Positions 1 through 9,507 of a stretch of DNA of 34,430 bases are shown in pieces. The notes under the pieces are model-generated. The model had not been told where the DNA came from. It saw only the letters and a list, made by a program, of their open reading frames with translations, and searched no databases. Every line of letters starts with the position of its first letter. The stretch's first letter is position 1. A program made the translations under genes and the position numbers. The DNA comes from an uncultured Ruminococcus sp. (GTDB lineage Bacteria; Bacillota; Clostridia; Oscillospirales; Ruminococcaceae), in the NCBI GenBank assembly GCA_947176685.1, contig CAMWRL010000001.1, forward strand, positions 1 through 34,430, given 5' to 3'.

Positions 1-94
1 CCCCCCCCCCCCCCACCCATTTTTTTATCAAGCATAATTCTGCATACGATATCTAGTACGGTCTCTTGGGATCGGATTTGTGTATAAGAGACAG
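1..94 (+). other. Sequencing artefact: poly-C plus degraded Illumina P7 / i7 index / Nextera read-2 adapter
   Basis: 29-52 caagcataattctgcatacgatat matches P7 CAAGCAGAAGACGGCATACGAGAT at 19/24. 53-60 is an 8-nt index, ctagtacg. 61-75 resembles GTCTCGTGGGCTCGG and 76-94 resembles the mosaic end AGATGTGTATAAGAGACAG. The leading poly-C is the reverse complement of a poly-G no-signal tail. Confidence 0.95.
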
Positions 95-106
95 GTACAG
101 ATTGTA

Positions 107-135
107 TTGACATTTTTGTGGCAATGTGATAAAAT
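107..135 (+). promoter_or_regulatory. Sigma-A promoter of the GH5 gene
   Basis: TTGACA (107-112), 17-bp spacer, extended -10 TGa-TAAAAT (130-135). Confidence 0.8.
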
Positions 136-182
136 TAAATCAGCATATTATAATTAAAAATTTAATGGGAGGAATTTTTAAA

Positions 183-2474
183 ATGTTCAACAAAACAAAG
201 AACATCAAACGTGTGGTAAGCCTTTCAGTTGCCGCAGTATGTATGATGTCCGCACTCAACTTTGCGCCCCTCAACGACAAACAGTCCGTTGATGCCGCCG
301 ACATTATGACAGCTTTTGAAATCACTCAGGATATGAAGATAGGCTGGAACTACGGCAACTCACTCGATGCAACAAAATATATGGCAGACCATGCAGGTCT
401 GGAAACCGAAACAGCATGGGGCAATCCTAAAGCTACTCAGGCTACTTTTGACGCTGTAAAGGCTAAGGGCTTCAATACTGTACGTCTTCCTACAACATGG
501 TATCAGCACCTTGACGAAAACAACAATATAGACCCTGAATGGATGGCTCGTGTTCGTGAAGTTGTTGACTACTGCTACAAGAATGATATGTATGTTATTC
601 TTAACATTCACCATGAGGAATGGATTAACAGACCGGATTTTGATACGGCTTATGAGGAAATGTCCGTCAAGTTAAAGGCTGTATGGAAACAGATTGCAGA
701 GGAGTTTAAGGACTACGACCAGCACCTTATATTTGAGGGTATGAATGAACCCCGTGCCGCAGGACAGGAATATGAATGGTGGTTAGCTCCTTCAGCTCCC
801 AAGGAAAAACTCTTTGAAGTTATCAACAAACTCAATCAGGATTTCGTTGACACTGTAAGAAGCGTTGAATCGCCGTATAAGGATACAAGACTTCTGTCCT
901 GTCCGCCATATTGTGCATCAGGCAGTGATATAAACATGATGTCAGCCCTTGAACTTCCGAATGACCCGTATGTTGCCGCATCTGTTCATGCTTACTCGCC
1001 TTATAATTTCTGTATGGGTGACGGCGACCACAGCACATTCTCCGAAACATATGCTACTGAACTTGAGGGTATTCTCAAGAATATCCGAAAGACTTTTATT
1101 GATAACAATATTCCGGTTATTCTCGGTGAATTTAGTGCCTCAAACTACAACAACACAGAGGCTCGCTGCGAATGGGCTACAACATATATTTCACTTGCAA
1201 AGAGCTATGGCTTCCCGTGCGTACTCTGGGACAACGACGCAAGAGGCAATGAAGACCAGTCCGAAGCACACGACTACCTCAACAGAGATACCAACACATG
1301 GTATGAGGATTCCGGTCAGGTTGTTGATGCAATGATGGCTGTACTTGCTGACGACTCTATTGTATGGGGTGCTAAGGACTTCACAACCGCAAAGCAGTAT
1401 AAGCATGATGATATTTCAAAAGGCAAGGAGTTAACAGACGTTGCTGGCAGTTATGACAGCGGGGTAGACGGCAAAGAAGGTTCACCGGCAAAGATTATCA
1501 AATTCTCTGAATTTGAGGGCAAGGATATAGCTGTAAAATATACGGGCGGCGACCCTGAACTCGCTTTTATGGACGCTGAATGGGGCGGCTGGACAACTGT
1601 AAAGCCTTACTACGTTGACGAAAAGAACGGTATTGCTTACTTCTCTGCTGATGACATAAAAACAGCGTGGGAAAGCAATAATGGCAGTGTTTCAAGCCTT
1701 AACAGCTTTATCATAAGAGCTACCGGCAAGACAACTGTTGTAAAGGCTGCTATTGTTGACAAGGGCGTACTCGTTGAAAAGCCTGATAAGCCGATAACTT
1801 CAACAACAACTTCTGGCACAGGTACGACAACAACTACTACACAGACTACTGCTTCCGGCTCAGGAAGTACAACAACTACTACAACTACAGCAGTTCCGGA
1901 CGATTTCAAGTTTGAAGTTGTAAAACTCCCTGTTACTCTCACAGGTGAAAAGACTATTAAATTTACAGTTGAGGGTACACCTTCTGCCTCAGTCGGCGGC
2001 GGCATATGCTATGACGACGGTGAATGGGCATCTGTTGAATGGAGCGGCAATATAGGCAAAGACGGAAAACTTGAAATGGAAGTTGATATTTCAACAATTC
2101 CGGCTTCTGTAAAAAGTGCTGAAATTCAGATATGGTGGTCAAATGTATGGGATAATGCTACAGAAACCGGCATTGATAAACCGGCTAAAGTTTCAGTTGG
2201 TTCGTCCGGTAACACAAATCCGACTACCTCAAAAAATCCTGATATAAATTACGGCGATGTCAACGAAGACGGCAAAGTAAGTCTTGCTGACGCTGTATTG
2301 ATAATGCAGGCACTTTCAAACCCTGATGAATACAAGCTTTCTGAAAAAGTCGCAAAAGCCGGTGATGTTGTGGGTAATGACGGTTTAACTGCAAAGGATG
2401 CAGTCGCAATCCAGATGATAGATTTACAGCTTCTTTCTGTAAGCGACCTTCCTGTTGATGACATTAATTTTTAA
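183..2474 (+). CDS. Cellulosomal GH5 (subfamily 4-like) endoglucanase/xyloglucanase: signal peptide - GH5 - putative CBM - Thr-rich linker - putative CBM - dockerin
   Basis: GH5 motifs GWNYGNSLD, RLPTTW, ILNIHHE, acid/base NEP, nucleophile LGEF and LWDN. Thr/Ser linker at about 1795-1890. C-terminal YGDVNEDGKVSLADAV...GDVVGNDGLTAKDAVAIQ is a duplicated Ca-loop dockerin. Start moved from GTG 126 (inside the promoter) to ATG 183, which follows GGGAGGA. Confidence 0.93.
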   Translation: MFNKTKNIKRVVSLSVAAVCMMSALNFAPLNDKQSVDAADIMTAFEITQDMKIGWNYGNSLDATKYMADHAGLETETAWGNPKATQATFDAVKAKGFNTVRLPTTWYQHLDENNNIDPEWMARVREVVDYCYKNDMYVILNIHHEEWINRPDFDTAYEEMSVKLKAVWKQIAEEFKDYDQHLIFEGMNEPRAAGQEYEWWLAPSAPKEKLFEVINKLNQDFVDTVRSVESPYKDTRLLSCPPYCASGSDINMMSALELPNDPYVAASVHAYSPYNFCMGDGDHSTFSETYATELEGILKNIRKTFIDNNIPVILGEFSASNYNNTEARCEWATTYISLAKSYGFPCVLWDNDARGNEDQSEAHDYLNRDTNTWYEDSGQVVDAMMAVLADDSIVWGAKDFTTAKQYKHDDISKGKELTDVAGSYDSGVDGKEGSPAKIIKFSEFEGKDIAVKYTGGDPELAFMDAEWGGWTTVKPYYVDEKNGIAYFSADDIKTAWESNNGSVSSLNSFIIRATGKTTVVKAAIVDKGVLVEKPDKPITSTTTSGTGTTTTTTQTTASGSGSTTTTTTTAVPDDFKFEVVKLPVTLTGEKTIKFTVEGTPSASVGGGICYDDGEWASVEWSGNIGKDGKLEMEVDISTIPASVKSAEIQIWWSNVWDNATETGIDKPAKVSVGSSGNTNPTTSKNPDINYGDVNEDGKVSLADAVLIMQALSNPDEYKLSEKVAKAGDVVGNDGLTAKDAVAIQMIDLQLLSVSDLPVDDINF

Positions 2475-2483
2475 CTTAAATAA

Positions 2484-2507
2484 ACTCCCCGTCTTGTGAC
2501 GGGGAGT
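2484..2507. terminator. Hairpin terminator between the convergent GH5 and corA genes
   Basis: Perfect 10-bp stem ACTCCCCGTC-ttgt-GACGGGGAGT between the two stop codons. Confidence 0.8.
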
Positions 2508-2513
2508 GCTTTG

Positions 2514-3440
2514 TTATTTGTTTTTCCATTTGAGCAGAATCAGGGTTGTTATACCGGTAAGCACAAGGGTAAGCACAATCGGAAACCATGTATATGGCAG
2601 CGGCAAATCAACAGTATTTATTCCGTAAAACGCAAATATAATATTGGGGATTTCAAGTATTACCGTAAGAATAGTAAGCCGCCACATAACAATATTCTGG
2701 TTGTTGGATATGACTGACGAAAAGCCGTCCATCATATGAGAAAGAATACTTGTATATATGCTTGCCATTTCGATAGCCTGCTTCATTTCAATTAGAACGT
2801 CTTCAAGTAAGTCCTGGTCTTCGTCATAAAGGTGTATGACTCGTCCACGACAGATTTTTTCAACAGTAGCTTCGTTGGCTTTAAGGGACGTTGAAAAATA
2901 TACAAGGGACTTTTCCAGTGCAAGAAGCTGCATAAGAAGTTCGTTTTTCATAGCGTCGTGGAGTTCCTGTTCGGCAGAGGACGAAATATTATCTATCTGT
3001 TTGAGGTAAATAAGAAACAGTGTAGCAATTTTCAGCAGCAGTTGCAGAACAAACCTTGTCTTGAATGCCGGACGCAGATTTTTTATACTGCCGCTGGCAG
3101 CATCACGCAAAAGCTGCGTTTCCTGCGAAGATATTGTAAAAACGTTTTTGTCAGTAATTATTATGCCGAGCGGCTGAGTATAGAAAAGCCGTGTTTCCTC
3201 GCTGTCAACGGAAGATACAGGAGTATCGATAATAACTAATGTTTGGTTGTCCTCGCACTCTATACGTGAAGATTCTTCTTCATCGATAGAGGACTTCACA
3301 AATCCGCTGTCAAGTCCGTAAACCTCAATAAGTTCATCGACTTCCTGCTGAGTCGGGTTTATAACGGAAATCCAGCAGCCGTCCTCACGCTGGGCGCAGG
3401 GGACGAGTACGCCGTTTTCCGAAGTATAGAAGTTTATCAT
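2514..3440 (-). CDS. corA: CorA/ZntB-family divalent cation transporter
   Basis: 308 aa: soluble N-terminal domain, LEKSLVYF..SLKANE, DLLEDVLIEMKQAIEMA, then two C-terminal TM helices around FYGIN (GxN signature). Confidence 0.9.
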   Translation of the reverse strand: MINFYTSENGVLVPCAQREDGCWISVINPTQQEVDELIEVYGLDSGFVKSSIDEEESSRIECEDNQTLVIIDTPVSSVDSEETRLFYTQPLGIIITDKNVFTISSQETQLLRDAASGSIKNLRPAFKTRFVLQLLLKIATLFLIYLKQIDNISSSAEQELHDAMKNELLMQLLALEKSLVYFSTSLKANEATVEKICRGRVIHLYDEDQDLLEDVLIEMKQAIEMASIYTSILSHMMDGFSSVISNNQNIVMWRLTILTVILEIPNIIFAFYGINTVDLPLPYTWFPIVLTLVLTGITTLILLKWKNK

Positions 3441-3536
3441 ATTTAATTTTCCTGTCCGGAAAAGCTCCGGACAAATGCTCCTTTCGCCGGATTTACACGG
3501 ACAGGAGCATGGAGAACGTTGACTTCTGTCCGTATA
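3441..3536 (-). promoter_or_regulatory. Structured corA leader with mutually exclusive helices
   Basis: Helix A: 3526-3536 with 3494-3504 (11 bp, one G-U). Helix B: 3503-3510 with 3475-3482 (8 bp, covers AGGAG). Hairpin C: 3453-3473 (8 bp). Confidence 0.6.
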
Positions 3537-3569
3537 TCAGTTCAAATTCCCGTAAGGGTCAGAGTTCAT
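3537..3569 (-). CDS. Putative corA leader peptide MNSDPYGNLN
   Basis: Minus strand reads GGAGGT-gcgtt-ATG AAC TCT GAC CCT TAC GGG AAT TTG AAC TGA. It has a near-perfect SD and lies just downstream of the promoter. Confidence 0.65.
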   Translation of the reverse strand: MNSDPYGNLN

Positions 3570-3597
3570 AACGCACCTCCGTAATTTTTGTACTTTA

Positions 3598-3627
3598 ATT
3601 ATAGCATAGATTAACATAATCTGTCAA
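3598..3627 (-). promoter_or_regulatory. Sigma-A promoter of the corA leader
   Basis: TTGACA (3627-3622), 18-bp spacer, TGc-TATAAT (3603-3598). Confidence 0.75.
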
Positions 3628-3673
3628 TTGTTTTCTTATCCGGATTATTTTAAAAATGTATAAATTGTCCGTT

Positions 3674-3703
3674 AAAAAAAGACTGCCCGAAAGCAGTCTT
3701 TTT
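3674..3703 (-). terminator. Rho-independent terminator of secDF
   Basis: AAAAAGACTGC-ccgaaa-GCAGTCTTTTT with A/T tails, 4 bp past the secDF stop. Confidence 0.85.
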
Positions 3704-3707
3704 ATAA

Positions 3708-6041
3708 TTATTTTTTAGCTGTACGGTTCATCCACCAAGACCATGTTACAGGTGCAACAAAAATTGATGAATAAGTACCCGAAATAAGTCCGAACATAAG
3801 CGGAACAGAGAACGTCAGCAATGATGTGTAACCGCTTATTGCTACAACGATTGTTACTATAAGCATTGTACTGATAGTTGTTATGGACGTTCTGATTGAA
3901 CGTGCAAGGGACTGCGAACAGCCTGCATTGATAAGTTCGTTGAGTGAAGCCTTTGGCATAAGCTTTCTGTCCTCACGGATTCTGTCGTAAATAACAATGG
4001 TATTGTTGATTGAGTAACCCAGAATCGTAAGAATTACTGCAACGGTATTTGAGTTGAACTCAAATCCTAAAAGTATTGATATAGCCAGTGCAACGAGGAG
4101 GTCGTGCAGAAGAGCAAGCACTGAACATACACCGGCAGACCAGCCGCCTATTTTTCTGAAACGTACTGCAATATAGATAATTATGATAATTGCCGCAAAG
4201 ATTACAGCAACAAGGCATTTCAGCAGGAACTCACGACCAGATGACGGACTTACGTCTGTTGAGTCAAAAAGTTCAATATTGTTGTCGGGGAACTTTTCAT
4301 TAAGAGCGTTGGTCATTTCGACCTGTCTGTCAACGTTGAGACCCTCTTCGGAAGTGAATGATACTATAATTTGTTTTTCATTTGAATCAATGCTTTCGCC
4401 TTTTCTGACGTTTACAGGAACATTTACAATTTCCTTAACAGTGTCAGCAGTTGCGTTGGTATCAATTTCGCCGGTATAGTTGTAAGTAATCATTGTACCG
4501 CCGCTAAATTCAAGTGCGAAGTTTGCTCCTCGTGCGATAAGTCCGCCTGCAAAGAGTACCACAACGCCTATGAGTATACCAAGTATCATTTTTTTCTTTG
4601 AGCAGAAATCAAAGTCCTTTGATTCCTTTGTTTTTTCTTTGTAGCCGTAGAGTTTTTTATTCTGGAAACATTTGAACTTTGAGAGAGATGTGACCATAAC
4701 TCTTGCAAGGAAAACGCCCATAATGAAGTTAAGCACAACGCCGGCAAGAAGTGTTATACCGAATGAGTATACAACGCCCTCAGCGGTTGCACCGAACATA
4801 AAGAAAATAGTTTTGTTGAGGATTTTGGAGAAGAAGCTGTCCGGTACGCCGAAAGCTCCCATAAGAATGATTGCGATAATAACGTTTGTGATATTACCGT
4901 CAAGAATAGCTGAAAACGCTCTTTTATAAGCCACTCTTATAGATGAATCAAGGGATTTTCCAAACTGGAGTTCTTCTTTGATACGTTCTCCGGTAATGAT
5001 GTTTGCATCAACGCCCATACCGACTGACAGGATTATACCTGCAATACCGGGTATTGTAAGAGTAGAGCCGGGCATAAAGCCGAACCAGCCGGAAATTACA
5101 GCAATACTTCCGCCAATCTGTCCGCAGAGAGCGATTACTGCAACCACGCCGGGCAGTCTGTAAAGGCATATCATATATATTGCAATGAATATAAATGCAA
5201 TGAGTGCTGCAAGAAGAATTGCGTCAAGAGAGCCTTCGCCCATAGTGGGGTCAATGGTCTTGAAACTTGTGGTTTCAAGTTTGAACGGCAGCGCACCGGA
5301 GTTAATCTGGCTGGCAAGCTTGTTTGCAGACTCGTCAGTGAAGTTGCCTGTAATTACTGCACTTCCGTCTGTAATAGCGTTGTTTACAGTCGGATATGAA
5401 ATCATAGTATTGTCCATCCAGATTGAGATGGGCGTACCTGTTCCGGCGAGTTCGGCGGTAGCTTCTGCAAACTTTTTAGTTCCGGACGGATTGAGGTTAA
5501 GTTCAATAAGATGCTGATATTCACCGGAGCTGTCGTTTGCACGGTAGACAGCCTTAGCTTCGGCAATGTCTCCGCCCTCAAGAACGATTTCTCCGGTAGG
5601 GATAGTGTTTCCCTCATCGTCAGTTATGGAGTCCGTACCCTTGCGGAAAGTAAGACTTGCCATTTCGCCGAGTTCCTTTACAGAAGCGGACGGGTCAAAA
5701 TCGCTTTCGCCAGCCTGCCACGGGAAACGTACAATAATTCTGTTGCTTTTTTCATCGCTGTAAACTTCGCTGTCCGTGATACCGAGTGATGACAGACGGG
5801 TATCAATAACAGCAGTAGCTGCCTTCAGCTGTTCCGGAGTGGCGTCAGCACCGTCAGCCGGAGCAAAGGTAACATCAACGCCGCCTTTGATGTCGATACC
5901 AAGCCGTATATCGTCAACACCTTTGATAATGGTCTTTGTGTTGTCACCGTAAAGGTAGTTGAGACCGATAACGGCAGACACACAAAACAGCGTGATTACA
6001 GCAATGACAATGAAGAAAGTAGATTTTCCAATCTTTTTCAC
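3708..6041 (-). CDS. secDF: Fused protein translocase subunit SecDF
   Basis: SecD motifs LGIDIKGG, GALP, GMGVDANI..ERIKEE and AILDGNIT; SecF motifs LEFSGGT, LLHD and GYSINNTIVIYDRIRE. The start is probably GTG 6041 (7 nt after GGAGG), not ATG 6047 (1 nt after). Confidence 0.95.
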   Translation of the reverse strand: MKKIGKSTFFIVIAVITLFCVSAVIGLNYLYGDNTKTIIKGVDDIRLGIDIKGGVDVTFAPADGADATPEQLKAATAVIDTRLSSLGITDSEVYSDEKSNRIIVRFPWQAGESDFDPSASVKELGEMASLTFRKGTDSITDDEGNTIPTGEIVLEGGDIAEAKAVYRANDSSGEYQHLIELNLNPSGTKKFAEATAELAGTGTPISIWMDNTMISYPTVNNAITDGSAVITGNFTDESANKLASQINSGALPFKLETTSFKTIDPTMGEGSLDAILLAALIAFIFIAIYMICLYRLPGVVAVIALCGQIGGSIAVISGWFGFMPGSTLTIPGIAGIILSVGMGVDANIITGERIKEELQFGKSLDSSIRVAYKRAFSAILDGNITNVIIAIILMGAFGVPDSFFSKILNKTIFFMFGATAEGVVYSFGITLLAGVVLNFIMGVFLARVMVTSLSKFKCFQNKKLYGYKEKTKESKDFDFCSKKKMILGILIGVVVLFAGGLIARGANFALEFSGGTMITYNYTGEIDTNATADTVKEIVNVPVNVRKGESIDSNEKQIIVSFTSEEGLNVDRQVEMTNALNEKFPDNNIELFDSTDVSPSSGREFLLKCLVAVIFAAIIIIIYIAVRFRKIGGWSAGVCSVLALLHDLLVALAISILLGFEFNSNTVAVILTILGYSINNTIVIYDRIREDRKLMPKASLNELINAGCSQSLARSIRTSITTISTMLIVTIVVAISGYTSLLTFSVPLMFGLISGTYSSIFVAPVTWSWWMNRTAKK

Positions 6042-6092
6042 GGTCATGCCTCCTGAAAATATATTTATTCTGTCTGTATGACAATTAATATT

Positions 6093-6121
6093 ATTTTACT
6101 ATATTGTCAAGAAAAAGTCAA
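6093..6121 (-). promoter_or_regulatory. Sigma-A promoter of secDF
   Basis: TTGACT (6121-6116), 17-bp spacer, TAAAAT (6098-6093). Confidence 0.65.
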
Positions 6122-6147
6122 GTATATATAAAAAATTTCTGAATTTT

Positions 6148-6558
6148 TTATTTGAAATGTTTCTGTGATATTTTCAGTCTGTTCATAGCCCTGTTAAGAG
6201 CCGCCTGAGTATGATAATATTCCATAATGCTTTGTTTCTGACGTAGTTTTTCTTCAGCACGTTCACGGGCTTCTTCAGCACGTTTGATGTCGATTTCCTC
6301 CGGAAGTTCGCACGAGTCGGCAAGAATTATCGAAGATTCCGGCATAACCTGTATGAAGCCTTCTGAAATAGCGGCGTAATGCCATTTACCGTCAACCATG
6401 TACTTGAGTTCGCCGACCGGCAGGGAAGTAATAAGAGGTTCGTGACCGTACATTATGCCCAGAAGACCGTCAATAGCCGTAATAACAAGGTGTTCGCAGT
6501 CACCCTGATAGAAAACTCTGTTAGCGGCTATTATTTCAAGGTAAAATGACTTTGCCAT
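6148..6558 (-). CDS. atpC: F1 ATP synthase epsilon subunit
   Basis: G.LGIMYGHEPLIT, AISEGF, EEIDIKRAEEARERAE; last gene of the operon; SD AAGGAGG. Confidence 0.95.
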   Translation of the reverse strand: MAKSFYLEIIAANRVFYQGDCEHLVITAIDGLLGIMYGHEPLITSLPVGELKYMVDGKWHYAAISEGFIQVMPESSIILADSCELPEEIDIKRAEEARERAEEKLRQKQSIMEYYHTQAALNRAMNRLKISQKHFK

Positions 6559-6570
6559 TAATCAGCCTCC

Positions 6571-8585
<2,015 letters not shown>

Positions 8586-8588
8586 ATG

Positions 8589-9494
8589 CTATTCCTCAAT
8601 ACTTGATGCACCGCCGACAACCTCATTGATTTCCTGAGTGATAGCGGCTTGTCTTGCACGGTTATAGAGAAGCGACAGTTCTTTTATAATATCCTTTGCA
8701 CTGTTTGTAGCTGCGTCCATAGCGGTCATACGAGCCTGCTGTTCGCAGCAGAAAGCCTCTACCATTGCGCCGTAAATGATACCTTTGGCGTAGTTGGGAA
8801 TGAGGTCAGCCATAACTTCCTCCGGAGACGGCACAAACGATGCTTTAGGGAGTTTTTTCATAGTACCGTCCGGAGATTTTCCGAAGTGTCTCCTGCTGAA
8901 CGGCAGTAACTGTACGGTTTTGGGTTCAAACTGGTTTGAGTTCATCATATACGTGTATATTAAATAAACCTCATCAAGTTCTTTTTTTTCAAACTTATCC
9001 AGTACCAGTTCAGTGATTTCCCTTGCCCTGTAAAGCGTGGGATTCTGGGTAGTGTAAAGAAATTCCCCGTCAACATAACCTTGTTTTTTATTTTTCATTC
9101 GGTTCTGGAAATACATTCTGCCTACATGTCCCATAACAAAAAGATAGCAGTTGTCGGGACTGGCATTTTCCAGTTTCTGTTCGGTGTATCTAAGGATATT
9201 ATGGTTGTAGCTTCCGCAGAGACCCTTGTCGGCAGTGATGACTATATAACCCTTTTTGCGTTTATCTTCGGGGACGTTCTTTCGTCTGTCGAAGTAAAAC
9301 TGCCTTGTATGCGGAGTATGTTCGAGAATACTTTCGATAGTTGACTGGAGCTTTCCGAAGTAAGGCGCAGTTGCGTCAAGGGATTTACGGGCTTTTTTGA
9401 GTTTGGACGACGATATAAGGTACATGGCATTGGTAATTTTAAGTATCTGCTGAATACTTGCGATACGTTCACGGATTTCCCTGATATTAGCCAA
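8589..9494 (-). CDS. atpG: F1 ATP synthase gamma subunit
   Basis: KITNAMYLIS, ITADKGLCGSYN, EQQARMTAMDAAT, YNRARQAAITQEINEVVGG; TTG start with SD AAGGAGG. Confidence 0.98.
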   Translation of the reverse strand: MANIREIRERIASIQQILKITNAMYLISSSKLKKARKSLDATAPYFGKLQSTIESILEHTPHTRQFYFDRRKNVPEDKRKKGYIVITADKGLCGSYNHNILRYTEQKLENASPDNCYLFVMGHVGRMYFQNRMKNKKQGYVDGEFLYTTQNPTLYRAREITELVLDKFEKKELDEVYLIYTYMMNSNQFEPKTVQLLPFSRRHFGKSPDGTMKKLPKASFVPSPEEVMADLIPNYAKGIIYGAMVEAFCCEQQARMTAMDAATNSAKDIIKELSLLYNRARQAAITQEINEVVGGASSIEE

Positions 9495-9507
9495 AATAAA
9501 GTCCTCC

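Noticed and set aside
76-94. Tn5 mosaic end as evidence of a transposon
   Set aside because: It sits within a full Illumina adapter; no transposase or second end is present.
126-182. N-terminal extension of the GH5 ORF from GTG 126
   Set aside because: It overlaps the -10 box; the SD and signal peptide fit ATG 183.
2493-2503. 11-nt reverse-complement match (cccgtcacaag) to the tRNA-Thr 3' end as a possible att site
   Set aside because: Short, inverted, part of a terminator, no integrase, and the interval holds core genes.
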